Notes: generated by a model not told the origin, from the sequence alone. DNA of 28,252 bases from Candidatus Xenobia bacterium (GCA_045863235.1 BTUM01000097.1:1-28252), one strand, 5' to 3'. Shown: positions 17,840 through 27,095, numbered from the stretch's first letter. Numbers and translations: made by a program.

Positions 17840-19417
17840 GTGTCCGACGAGTCAAACCCCCCAAAGGTCCGCTCCACGAGCTGGAAGGCGTTCTCGCTCC
17901 CGCTCTTGTTCACGACCTTCGTGCTGATCCACTTCTATTTGACCAACTACATCGAGGTCAATCTCTCCGAGTTCTTGTTCGTGGCCGGCCTTCTGCTGGG
18001 ATTGATCGCGGCCATAGAGCTGGGGCTCTGGGCCTGGCTCAAGGACATGGACCGGGTGGGCCTCATCACCGGGCTGGGCGCCTTCTTCTTCTTCAGCTAC
18101 GAGCGCATCGTCTACGCTTACCATCGCTTCTCCCAGAAAGTGGGCACCGAGCTGGCCCTGGTGGGCACGGCCGATCCGTCCCACGAGACGCGGGTGCGCT
18201 TTCTGTTTCTCCTGGCCGGGGTGACCCTGCTGGCCGGAGTGGTGCTCTTTCGCCTGAGATTCGACCTGCGGGGCCTGGTGCGCTTTGCTTTCCTCTGCTC
18301 GGTGGCGGCCGTGGTGCTGGCCGCCGGAACCGGGGCTCTCAACATGGCCGGCCGGCTGCGTCCTCGGCTGGAGCTGACCCCGCCCGGACCGGTCAAGAGC
18401 AAGCCCGACATCTACGTGCTCTTGCTCGATGCCTTCGGGCGCCCGGACGTGCTCGAGCGCGATTACGGGGTGCGCACCGGGCCCTTCGTGGCTTCGCTCG
18501 AGAAGCTGGGGTTCAAAGTCTTCACCCGCAGCCTGGCCAACTACCCCACTACCTCCTACGCCCTGGCCTGCGAGCTCAACTACGCCTACATCGACCAGGA
18601 AAGCGTGGGGATCCCCGCCGACTACCCCTCCGGGTATCCCCTCATCCCGTTGATCCACAGCAACCGGGTGACCCGCTTTCTGCGCGAGCAGGGCTACGAG
18701 ATCATCAACATCTATGGAGGCGTCCACTTCACCCGGGCCTTCGAGGCCACCACCCGGCGGCTCGGCTCGCGCCGCAGCGTCAACGGATTCTTCTACGTCT
18801 TCTTCAAGCACACCCCGGTGGACGTCATCGCCCCCGACCTTCTCACCGTTCCCGAGCTCGATCTTCGCCGCGACATCCTGCTTGAAGCCCTGCAGGAGCT
18901 GCGCGAGCTGCCCCGGCAGAGCGATGCCCCTCGCTTCGTCATGCTGCACGTCCTCTGCCCCCACTCCCCCTTCTTCGTAGACGCGCAGGGGGGTCGGCCC
19001 TTCGCCGACCCCGCCTTCGACTGGGAGGGCAAGCGCGACCACGCCCCGGGCTACGCCGGCCAGGCCGAGTTTCTCCAGAGCCAGGTGGAGCCGATCGTGG
19101 CCGAGTTGCTCAAGGACCCCGCCCGCGAGAGCGTCATCTTGATCCAGGGCGACCACGGACCCGTTCCCCTCCAGCTCGAGCCTCCGGCCACCTACCAGCA
19201 GCGCTACCCCAACCTCTGTGCGCTCTACTTGCCCGGACGTGACTACACCGGCATTCCCGAGGACCTCTCCCCGGTCAACTACTTCCGCGTCATCTTCAAC
19301 CGCTTCTTTGGGACCAACCTCGAGCTTCTGCCCAACAAGGCCTTCTATCTGCTCGAGGGCACCAAGTATTTCAAGTTCACCGACATCACCGATCAGGTCA
19401 ACCAGACCTCGCCGTAA
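17840..19417 (+). CDS. Membrane-anchored sulfatase/alkaline-phosphatase-superfamily transferase (LtaS/EptA-like; NoeB-like)
   Basis: About 5 N-terminal TMs, then PDIYVLLLDAFGR, NYPTTSYAL (Thr at the nucleophile position), HVLCPHSPF and IQGDHG. GTG 17840 follows GAAAGG. Confidence 0.85.
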   Translation: MSDESNPPKVRSTSWKAFSLPLLFTTFVLIHFYLTNYIEVNLSEFLFVAGLLLGLIAAIELGLWAWLKDMDRVGLITGLGAFFFFSYERIVYAYHRFSQKVGTELALVGTADPSHETRVRFLFLLAGVTLLAGVVLFRLRFDLRGLVRFAFLCSVAAVVLAAGTGALNMAGRLRPRLELTPPGPVKSKPDIYVLLLDAFGRPDVLERDYGVRTGPFVASLEKLGFKVFTRSLANYPTTSYALACELNYAYIDQESVGIPADYPSGYPLIPLIHSNRVTRFLREQGYEIINIYGGVHFTRAFEATTRRLGSRRSVNGFFYVFFKHTPVDVIAPDLLTVPELDLRRDILLEALQELRELPRQSDAPRFVMLHVLCPHSPFFVDAQGGRPFADPAFDWEGKRDHAPGYAGQAEFLQSQVEPIVAELLKDPARESVILIQGDHGPVPLQLEPPATYQQRYPNLCALYLPGRDYTGIPEDLSPVNYFRVIFNRFFGTNLELLPNKAFYLLEGTKYFKFTDITDQVNQTSP

Positions 19418-19472
19418 AGGACGCGGGCCCATGTCGGCGAATTCTCCCGGACAATTTTTGGAGCTTCATCGC

Positions 19473-19667
19473 ATGCACAGGTTTCTCGCCATCTTCCTTC
19501 TCGCCTTGCTGACCCTCAGGCCGGCCCAGGCTTACATCGACCTCGGCTCGGGCAGCTATATCCTGCAGATCGTCCTGGCCTTCTTGTTCGGCTCGCTCTT
19601 CTACGTGAAGAGCGCCTGGCAGAGATTCGTCGGCCTGTTCCGGCGCAAGCGCGACTCCTCCAAGTAA
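19473..19667 (+). CDS. Small membrane protein with AYIDxGSGS motif (64 aa)
   Basis: GGAG ribosome-binding site; signal-like segment, then AQAYIDLGSGSYILQ, a TM helix and a basic tail. Lies 4 nt before the next gene. Confidence 0.8.
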   Translation: MHRFLAIFLLALLTLRPAQAYIDLGSGSYILQIVLAFLFGSLFYVKSAWQRFVGLFRRKRDSSK

Positions 19668-19671
19668 GCTT

Positions 19672-21078
19672 TTGTCCTTGACCCGGGCCCAGCTCCCCTT
19701 GCAGAGCTCCTTTCGAGACCCGAGCGGTTTCATGTTCACCCGCGAGGGCGAGCTGCTGCGCCAGGTCAACCCGGTCTACGCTCCCCACTACGATCGCCTC
19801 ATCCAGAGCGGGCTCTACCAGCGGCTGGTGGACAAAGGCTGGCTCATCCCCCACGAGGAGACCGACCTCGAGCTCGCCTGCAGCCCGCCCGCCCATCGCG
19901 TGCTGAGGCCCCGGGCCGTCCCCTTCATCTCCTATCCCTACGAGTGGTGCTTTGCGCAGCTCAAGGAGGCCGCCCTCTTGACGCTCGACATCCTCAAGCT
20001 GGCCCTGGATCAGGGCATGATCGTGAAGGACGCCAGCGCCTACAACGTCCAGTTCCTGGCTACCCGGCCCGTCTTCATCGACACTCTGTCTTTCGAGAGC
20101 TATGCCGAGGGCCAGCCCTGGCAGGCCTACGGTCAGTTCTGCCAGCACTTCCTGGCCCCGCTCTTGTTGATGGCCTATCGCGACGTCCGCCTCGGTCAGC
20201 TCTCCCGCGTCTATCTCGACGGGGTCCCCCTGGACGTGGCCAGCTCGCTCTTGCCTCGCCGCACCCTCTTCAAGCTGGGAGCCCTGACCCACGTTCACCT
20301 GCACGCTCGCAGTCAGGCTCGTTTCTCCCAGGCCTCGGCCACCCGGCGCGAGGGGCGCATCAGCCGCACCGGCCTCTTCGGCATCGTGGACAACCTCGAG
20401 TCCACCATTCGCGGCCTGAGGTGGCGCGAGTCCGGCAACTGGCAGGGCTACTACCAGGACACCAACTACTCCGACCAGGCCATGCAGGCCAAGGAGCAGC
20501 TGGTCACGCAGCTCGTGGCTCAGGTAAGCCCGCGGCCCTCCTCGGTCTGGGACCTGGGCGCCAACACCGGCTCCTTCAGCCGCCTGCTGGCCCGCCAGGG
20601 CCTGAGCGTGGTCTCCTTCGACCTCGACCCCGCCTGCGTCCAGCGGGGCCTGGAGCTGGCTCGCGCCGAGAGCCTGGACGTCCTGCCCCTGGTGCAAGAC
20701 CTGGCCAACCCCGCTCCCTCTCAGGGCTGGGCCCATCAAGAGCGTAGCTCGCTCGAAGAGCGCGGCCCGGCCGGCCTCCTGCTGGCCCTGGCCCTGGTGC
20801 ACCACCTGCGCATCTCGTGCATGGTGCCCTTTGCCGGTCAGGCCGAGTTCCTGGCCCGCCTCGCTCCCTGGCTGCTGGTGGAGTATGTGGGGGGCGACGA
20901 TTCCCAGGTCCAGCGCCTCTGCCAGGGCAACCTGGAGCGCTATCAAGACTACACCGAGGAAGGCTTTCAGGCCGGCTTCGCCCGGTTCTACGAGACCGTG
21001 GCCCGCGAGCAGATCCCTGGCACGTCGCGCGTTCTCTATCTCTACAAGCGAGCTGATTCCGCCGGCCCCCCTCGTTGA
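19672..21078 (+). CDS. noeA: NoeA-like protein: kinase-like N-terminal domain plus class I SAM methyltransferase
   Basis: SSFRDPSGF, FISYPYEWCF.QLKEAALLTL, KDASAYNVQF and FIDTLSF in the N-terminal half. VWDLGANTG.FS and LALALVHHL in the C-terminal half. Confidence 0.82.
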   Translation: MSLTRAQLPLQSSFRDPSGFMFTREGELLRQVNPVYAPHYDRLIQSGLYQRLVDKGWLIPHEETDLELACSPPAHRVLRPRAVPFISYPYEWCFAQLKEAALLTLDILKLALDQGMIVKDASAYNVQFLATRPVFIDTLSFESYAEGQPWQAYGQFCQHFLAPLLLMAYRDVRLGQLSRVYLDGVPLDVASSLLPRRTLFKLGALTHVHLHARSQARFSQASATRREGRISRTGLFGIVDNLESTIRGLRWRESGNWQGYYQDTNYSDQAMQAKEQLVTQLVAQVSPRPSSVWDLGANTGSFSRLLARQGLSVVSFDLDPACVQRGLELARAESLDVLPLVQDLANPAPSQGWAHQERSSLEERGPAGLLLALALVHHLRISCMVPFAGQAEFLARLAPWLLVEYVGGDDSQVQRLCQGNLERYQDYTEEGFQAGFARFYETVAREQIPGTSRVLYLYKRADSAGPPR

Positions 21079-21217
21079 TCGTCAGCAGATCTCCGCGTTC
21101 TCTCTCTCTCCAAGCACCCAGGGTGATTCCGCCCCTTCGTCGATGGTCAGCAAGCTTCGAGCGGCCACCTCGACGAACGGGGGCGCCGCCACCCCCGGCC
21201 TAACCAGGGTATTTCGT

Positions 21218-21243
21218 CATACCCGAATAATTATTCGGGTATG
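21218..21243. promoter_or_regulatory. Perfect 26-bp palindrome overlapping the start codon; probable operator
   Basis: CATACCCGAATAATTATTCGGGTATG is its own reverse complement and ends with the ATG at 21241. Confidence 0.6.
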
Positions 21244-21425
21244 TCTGACAGTGTTGGCCTGTCCGCCTGCCGCCGCGAGCTGCTCAAGCGCCTGCGCGAG
21301 AGCGCGCCCGGGCGCATCCAGATGCTGGTTGGCCCCCGCCAGGTGGGCAAGACGACCCTGCTGCTCGACCTGGTGAGCCGGCTCGGGCCCACCGCATTCT
21401 ACGCCTCGGCCGACGAGCCCGCCGC
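21241..21425 (+). pseudogene. 5' fragment of an AAA_14/DUF4143-type ATPase
   Basis: RIQMLVGPRQVGKTTLL (Walker A) ..FYASADEP. Family-like sequence stops before Walker B; the ORF runs on to 21504 in unrelated sequence. Confidence 0.8.
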
Positions 21426-21540
21426 CGCCCTTCTTGCTGCCTCGGCGTCCACAGGGAGTATCGTCATCGCCTCGAGCAGAGTGGCGATATCTCTTTACGC
21501 CTGAGTGAAGCTCAAGAACGGTGATCGTCGTCGTGGCAGG
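21421..21540 (-). pseudogene. vapC: Internal fragment of a VapC (PIN) toxin gene
   Basis: The minus strand reads PATTTITVLELHSGVKR and then, in a shifted frame, DIATLLEAMTILPVDAEAARRAA, which is the VapC mid-region pattern. Confidence 0.6.
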
Positions 21541-21555
21541 AGGGAAAGTAGCCCC

Positions 21556-24357
21556 TCAGTGCTTGAGCAGGCCAACCAGGGATGACCAGAGACTGAGCGC
21601 CAGCTCATTCACTCCGTCGCTGTCGAGATCGATGGCGGTCGCATCGGTCGAGAGCAACTCGAAGTCATCACTGGCGGAGAAGCCTCCAACGCCATCGCCA
21701 TAATAGACCCGCGTCAGAGTCGCCGACATTATCAGATCGGCCTTTGCATCTCCATTGACATCGGCCACCCGGAGAGTCCCCGATGGGAAAACGGGGATGG
21801 ACGTGCCGGCGGAAAATGTGCCGTCACCCTGGTTGCGATAGATCTCGAGCGAGTTCGGCGTCGCGCACGCCAGATCAGCACCGGGCTGGGCATCGAAGTT
21901 CCCCGCCGCCACCGAGAACGCCGGTCCCGCCAGAGTGGTCAAGGGGGTAGGAGCGCCGAACGTTCCGTTCCCCTGATTGAAGAAGAGCAACAACTCCGTG
22001 CCGGCGCCGCGGGCGACCACGAAGTCGAGTCCGTTGCGCTGGTCCAGATCGCAGACCACCACATTCCGCATGACGCCGCCGCCATCGTCATAGACCTCGG
22101 GTGGGCCGAATCCACCACTGCCATTGTTCAAGAAGATGGATACCCACCTGGTCTCGTGCGTGACCACGACATCCGGGCCGTTGACGCCGTCAAAGTCTCC
22201 CACTGCCAGACGAACCGGATTCGGAAGCACGGCCTGGAAGAGGGGGGCCGCGAATCCGCCCGTCCCATCGTTAAGGAATATCTGAATGTCAGCGCTTTGC
22301 TTGTTGGCCACCACAAGATCGGGACCAGAGGCCTGGTCGAAGTCTCCGGTGGCCAGGTCCAACGGCTGGGGGTGCGTCGCGAGGGACGTCGTCAGCGGGA
22401 GGTCTCCGGACCCATCATTTCGCAGGACAAGAATCTGGCTGAAGTGGTAACCGCCAGCTACCGCCACATCCGCCCCCGACGTCCCGTCGAAATCTGCCGA
22501 TACAATCGTCGAGCCATTGCCGGTGTTGGCCAGCAAGGTCGGCAAGCTCGTGAAGTCGCCTCCGCCGCGATTGGTCATCACGAGAGCGTTCGCAGTAGCA
22601 TTGTCGACCATGGCGAGATCGACCCCATTGATCCCATCGAAGTCGCCGGAAACGATCGACATCGGTCCCTGACCGGTCGGATAACGTTTCGAAACGCTGA
22701 AGTTGCCAGCTCCGTCGTTGGTGAAGACCATGGCGAAGCTTCCATCACCACAGGCGATTACATCGGGGCCGTTCACCCCGTCGGCATCGGCCACATTGAT
22801 GGAGTGCAGCCCGAGAAGCGGAATGACCACCTCGGGCCCAAACCCGCCGGAACCGTTGTTGAGCAGGAACAGCGGCCCGACCGGGGATGCCCCCTGGGGC
22901 CGGGCTATGGCCAGATCGGGGCCGTTCCTTCCATCAAAGTCCGCTGCGACGACCCCCACACCACCGGTGCGGCTAAGGCTGGTGCTGCTGCTGGTCGGGA
23001 AACCTCCACTGCCGTCGTTGAAGAAAACCTGGACAGCGTTGAACTTGCTCACCACTACATCCAGGCTTCCGTTGCGGTCGACGTCGGCTACCGTCAGGCC
23101 GTTTCCTCCTCCTAAAACGGCGAGGTCGGTCACGGCGAACGCAGCGGACCCGTTGTTGAGACCAATCGCCATCAGGTTATTGTCCATCAGGATCGCGAAA
23201 TCGGGACCGTTGATGCCGTCGAAGTCGCCCACGGTCACGTTCTGCGGGATGCCCGACAGCGGAACGCTGACGGGACTTCCCAGAGCTCCCGCTCCGTCAT
23301 TCATCATGAGGTAGGCATTGCCAAGCTCGTTCTGAAAAATGATGTCCGGTCCGTTGGCGCGGTCGAAATCCCCCACGGCCATGGTCACGAAGCCCGTATG
23401 AATGATCTGCAGGCCGGTTCCGGCGGGGAAGCTGGTGCGGGCAAAACCGCCAGTGCCATCGTTGAGAAGCACCTCGATGACGTAATCGTTGCCTTGAAAC
23501 CTGCGCACGGCCAGGTCCGGGCCATTCTGGCCATCGAAGTCGGCCACGACCGATGCGTGAGGAAAGGTCCCTACGGGAATTCCGCGCGGCCCCTGGAGAG
23601 GGCCCGGGGGCGGCGGTGGCGGTGGCGGTGGGGGGGGAGGGGGCGGTGGCGGTGGGGGGGGAGGGGGCGGTGGCGGTGGCGGTGGCGGTGGCGGTGGGGG
23701 CGCCCCACCCTGGACCGTGAAGGTCGCGTGTGCGGGAGGAACCCCTGTCAGAGCGGCCGTCACCATGGTGGTCCCGGGCCCGACGCCGGTCGCCCGGCCC
23801 GTCCCATCAATCGAGCCGACCGCGGAGTCGGCCACCGTCCAGGTGACCTCGAGGCTGACGTCATAGGGCGTCCCGTCGGGGAGAAAGGCGGTGGCGGCAT
23901 ACTGCTGGACGCCCCCGAGCGCGACCGTGGCGCTGGGTGGAGTCACGTCGACACGAGTAGGGCTGACCGTCGCGATGAAGGGCGGGTCGATGAGGATGAC
24001 CGTGACCCCGGCCGACACCGTCACGGTGACCTCGCCGGTGCCCACGACCTGTCCATTGCGCAGGTACTCGATAGTGATTTTTTTGACCAGGACGTTGACG
24101 TTCCTGAGCGTCACCTCGGGCGCCTTGTCCACGGTTACCGTGGGGAAGAGAATCACGTCGCTGTCGTCCAGACCCGTGAGCCGCAACGAGTCGACATAGC
24201 TTGGGACCCTGGGCTGCAGGTCGAAACGAAGCACCACGTCCCCAAACTGTGAGGGAGCGAGGGGGGCTGCCGGCATGGTATTGTTGGCACCACCACCCGA
24301 GCAAGCGACCGCCAACAGGGCGGCCAGAAGGAACAGGTGCAATCGCCTGGTCAGCAT
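21556..24357 (-). CDS. FG-GAP/VCBS-repeat surface lipoprotein with an Ig-like (Big_2) domain and a polyproline linker (933 aa)
   Basis: Lipobox LAVAC; Big_2-like VDVTPPSATVALG..VTWTVAD; 32 consecutive Pro; about 13 (G/A)DFDGxNGPDLA repeats. Confidence 0.9.
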   Translation of the reverse strand: MLTRRLHLFLLAALLAVACSGGGANNTMPAAPLAPSQFGDVVLRFDLQPRVPSYVDSLRLTGLDDSDVILFPTVTVDKAPEVTLRNVNVLVKKITIEYLRNGQVVGTGEVTVTVSAGVTVILIDPPFIATVSPTRVDVTPPSATVALGGVQQYAATAFLPDGTPYDVSLEVTWTVADSAVGSIDGTGRATGVGPGTTMVTAALTGVPPAHATFTVQGGAPPPPPPPPPPPPPPPPPPPPPPPPPPPPPPPPGPLQGPRGIPVGTFPHASVVADFDGQNGPDLAVRRFQGNDYVIEVLLNDGTGGFARTSFPAGTGLQIIHTGFVTMAVGDFDRANGPDIIFQNELGNAYLMMNDGAGALGSPVSVPLSGIPQNVTVGDFDGINGPDFAILMDNNLMAIGLNNGSAAFAVTDLAVLGGGNGLTVADVDRNGSLDVVVSKFNAVQVFFNDGSGGFPTSSSTSLSRTGGVGVVAADFDGRNGPDLAIARPQGASPVGPLFLLNNGSGGFGPEVVIPLLGLHSINVADADGVNGPDVIACGDGSFAMVFTNDGAGNFSVSKRYPTGQGPMSIVSGDFDGINGVDLAMVDNATANALVMTNRGGGDFTSLPTLLANTGNGSTIVSADFDGTSGADVAVAGGYHFSQILVLRNDGSGDLPLTTSLATHPQPLDLATGDFDQASGPDLVVANKQSADIQIFLNDGTGGFAAPLFQAVLPNPVRLAVGDFDGVNGPDVVVTHETRWVSIFLNNGSGGFGPPEVYDDGGGVMRNVVVCDLDQRNGLDFVVARGAGTELLLFFNQGNGTFGAPTPLTTLAGPAFSVAAGNFDAQPGADLACATPNSLEIYRNQGDGTFSAGTSIPVFPSGTLRVADVNGDAKADLIMSATLTRVYYGDGVGGFSASDDFELLSTDATAIDLDSDGVNELALSLWSSLVGLLKH
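23605..23700 (-). repeat. Polyproline-coding low-complexity tract (32 CCN codons)
   Basis: 96 bp of NGG triplets on the plus strand, with (GGCGGT)n runs and two G8 runs. Confidence 0.92.
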
Positions 24358-24620
24358 GATTCAATTCCGATTGAAGCAGCCGACGGCACTCTACCTTCGC
24401 AATCCCCCGTAAAGAAGAAGAACGCTGCAACTCTCACTGGAGGATCTTCGCCCCCTGATCCTTCGGATCCTTGGGAAGATCTCGGCGCGTTCACTGGGTG
24501 AAATTCCCGCCCCCGGGCCGTACCGGGAACTTTGGGGGTTGCCGGGGAATTCTCGCGGGGCCGAGCCGGACTGGAGGCAAACGCCTGACGGATGGATGCC
24601 ACCCAGCCCGGCCCGGGGCC

Positions 24621-25817
24621 TTACTTGAACGAGTAGCCCTTCTTGCCAGCTTGCTCTTGCACGGTGCTGATCACCAGGGCGTCCAGGGTGGACTCGCGGC
24701 CGGCCTTCTCGCGCTCCTTGGCCACGAACTCCTCGCGCTCGGCGGTCAGCTTCTTGATCCTGGCCTGGATGTCTTCACGCTCTTTCTGCTTCTCAGCCAC
24801 GTACTTCTTGCGCTCGTCGGTATTCATGGACTGCATTGGAGCGGGAAGCTCGGCGGCGGAGACCCGGCCCAGGTCGACTTTGCCATCCTTGGCGGCGTCG
24901 ACCAGATCCCAGCTGGAGTTGTCATACTGCTTGGAGGACTTGGCCGCGGCCCGATAGGCAACCACCTCGGAGGAGGCGCCGGCGGCGTTCTGGTCCTGAG
25001 CGACCTGGCGCTGACAGGCTATCTGGCCCTCGGCGCCATAGGGCACGTAGGAGTTGTTGAGCTCTGAGCTCAGGCGGGCCAGCTCGTCGTCTTGGGGGGC
25101 GGCGATGTAGGCCACTTTCTGGTTGGTGTCCAGGGTCAGGTAGCGGCCGTCGCCCAGGGAGGCTCCATGGGACCACAAAGTCGCGTCCTGGTCGCTTGGG
25201 CTGCCGCAGAAGATGGTGTTGACGAAGATGTTTCGCTTCTTGGCGGCGGCGCAGACGTCACGGAAGTTGAGGGGGCCCTGGTCGAAGGGCTCGTTGCCGG
25301 CCACGAAGATCAAGTTGAGATCGCCGGGCTTCTTGCTCCAGTCGAGCTCGTTCAGGCCGGCCTGGATGACGCTGGCGCAGTATTCCTCGCCGCCGTTGGT
25401 GCGCAGGGCGAAGAGCTCCTCGGAGACCCGGTCGAGCTCGGTGGTGAAGCCGACCACCTTGCGCACGTAGCCCTTCTCACCGGAGAGGCTGTCGTTGCCG
25501 AACTCGTAGAGGGCCACCTCCAGGCGCGGCTCTTTGCCCTGGTAGCGGGCCTTGCCAAACTCGTTGACCACGCGCCAGAGCTGGTTGCGGGCCTGGTCGA
25601 TCAGGCCGTCCATGCTGTTGGAGGTGTCGAGCATGATGGCCAGCTTGATGGTGGGCGCATCGGTGAGCGCGGGCACCGGATCGGGGGTGGCGGTGCGGGT
25701 GACCGCCGGGGTCGGAGTGGTGACCACCAGCTGCGGCTGGGGTGTTTGCACCCAGAAATAGGTGGACATGACGCCCGCCAGGAAGAGGCTCGAGAGGACC
25801 AGGCCTTGCTTGTTCAT
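24621..25817 (-). CDS. VWA-domain protein, N-terminally anchored or exported (398 aa)
   Basis: MIDAS motif LDTSNSM, TNGGEEYC and IFVAGNEPF; N-terminal hydrophobic segment, Thr/Pro linker and C-terminal coiled coil; GGGGAG ribosome-binding site. Confidence 0.9.
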   Translation of the reverse strand: MNKQGLVLSSLFLAGVMSTYFWVQTPQPQLVVTTPTPAVTRTATPDPVPALTDAPTIKLAIMLDTSNSMDGLIDQARNQLWRVVNEFGKARYQGKEPRLEVALYEFGNDSLSGEKGYVRKVVGFTTELDRVSEELFALRTNGGEEYCASVIQAGLNELDWSKKPGDLNLIFVAGNEPFDQGPLNFRDVCAAAKKRNIFVNTIFCGSPSDQDATLWSHGASLGDGRYLTLDTNQKVAYIAAPQDDELARLSSELNNSYVPYGAEGQIACQRQVAQDQNAAGASSEVVAYRAAAKSSKQYDNSSWDLVDAAKDGKVDLGRVSAAELPAPMQSMNTDERKKYVAEKQKEREDIQARIKKLTAEREEFVAKEREKAGRESTLDALVISTVQEQAGKKGYSFK

Positions 25818-25898
25818 CGTTCAGGACGCTCCCCGTTCGGTGTTGGATGAGGGTATGGTCGTGGAAGGGCCGGGATTCTTCCCGGAGAAAATCAGCTG

Positions 25899-26654
25899 GT
25901 GAAGATCTTCCTGATCGCTTTGCTCCTGGCGCTCCCCGTGCTGGCGGAGGGAGAGCCGATCACGCCCGGCATCACGCTCAACAAAGCTTATGGCCAGGCG
26001 CGGCTGGCCGACCAGCAGCGCTGCATCGTGGAGTACGACGTGCGCTCGGTGGGGGGAGAGGGGATCCTGCTCTTCATCTGGGGGGCCAAGGACCCGCCCG
26101 AGCGGCCGCGCCGGGTGTGGCGCTTCGACAAGCCCAGGGACAGCCGCCAGCTCTTCATGAACGACCTGCCCCTGTCGCTTTACTCGCTGCGCTGCGTGGC
26201 CATCGACCGGGAGGGCAAGCCGGTGGCCCTCCCCTCCCCGTTCATCGCCCTGGAGTACGGGGGCTGGAAGGCCTGGCGCGACGTGCAGCCGGACACAGCC
26301 GCCCAGCCCGGGACGTTCGCCGACGCGGGGCGGCTGACCCCGGAGAACATGGTGGACCGGCCCGAGGTGGTGGTCCTGCCAGGCGCCAACGTGTGCGGCT
26401 ACGGCAAGTCCCTGGTGTTGACGGCGGCCATCAAGAACCTGCCGGCCGACGAGCAGGTGCTGTGGGAGGTCGAGGGCGAGGGGGACATCAAGGTGATGAA
26501 CCAGGGGCAGGCGGTGTTCACGGCTCCGACCGACATGGTGGGGCAGAGCTTGAGCCGGGTGATCGTGCGCAGCCGGCGCTACCCGGACGTGTACGGGACG
26601 GCCTCGGTGCTGATCACGGACGTGAAGGAAGGGGACAATCCGGGGGTTCGCTAG
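25899..26654 (+). CDS. Secreted hypothetical protein with two probable beta-sandwich (Ig-like) domains
   Basis: Signal peptide MKIFLIALLLALPVLA|E; GGAG upstream; C-terminal VLWEVEGEG..AVFTAP..VIVRS..GTASVLI pattern. Confidence 0.8.
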   Translation: MKIFLIALLLALPVLAEGEPITPGITLNKAYGQARLADQQRCIVEYDVRSVGGEGILLFIWGAKDPPERPRRVWRFDKPRDSRQLFMNDLPLSLYSLRCVAIDREGKPVALPSPFIALEYGGWKAWRDVQPDTAAQPGTFADAGRLTPENMVDRPEVVVLPGANVCGYGKSLVLTAAIKNLPADEQVLWEVEGEGDIKVMNQGQAVFTAPTDMVGQSLSRVIVRSRRYPDVYGTASVLITDVKEGDNPGVR

Positions 26655-26897
26655 AGGTCCCGACGCACCCCCTCGGAGGAAAGCTCCGCCACCACACGAT
26701 GTTGCAGGCGGCCTGGGTTGGCCGTCGCGCGCCGGAAAACCGTGTCAGGTCCAGCCCCGTGTGTGGTGTCGGAGGAAGCTCCCCGGACTTCCGGAGGAGG
26801 CCCCGGAGCAGCCCGCCGCGGATCGTCCGGGCAAGAGCCCACCGCGGAACGGCCTGCCGGGGCCGCGCAACCAACTGAGAGTCGAATGCGTTGAGGG

Positions 26898-27095
26898 GTA
26901 AGAACGACCGTCGAGCTGACTCAGGAGCAGCGTGCCAGACTCGTCGAGCTGGCCGCCCGACGAGGGGCCGACGAGGGGAGAAGGGCTTTTCCTGGTTGGT
27001 TCAAGAGGCCATCGATGCCTACCTGGAGGTTTACGGGGCTCAGAGTGAGTGGACCCGGGCGGCTCAATCCGTTCTTGGCACGTTCGACAGCGCTG
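26898..27095 (+). pseudogene. CopG/RHH (VapB-type) antitoxin pseudogene
   Basis: Removing one copy of the 11-bp tandem duplication CCGACGAGGGG (26957-26978) restores RTTVELTQEQRARLVELAARRGEKGFSWLVQEAIDAYLE. The start codon reads GTA, and the 3' end runs into a repeat array. Confidence 0.75.

Noticed and set aside
21218..21243. dif/XerCD site
   Set aside because: It is a perfect palindrome with no 6-bp central spacer and no XerD arm (TTATGTTAAAT).
24360..24620. c-di-GMP-I riboswitch (GGCAAAC near 24575) or another leader riboswitch
   Set aside because: The motif is on the strand opposite the downstream gene and lacks the GAAA-loop P2 and GCAAAGC elements.
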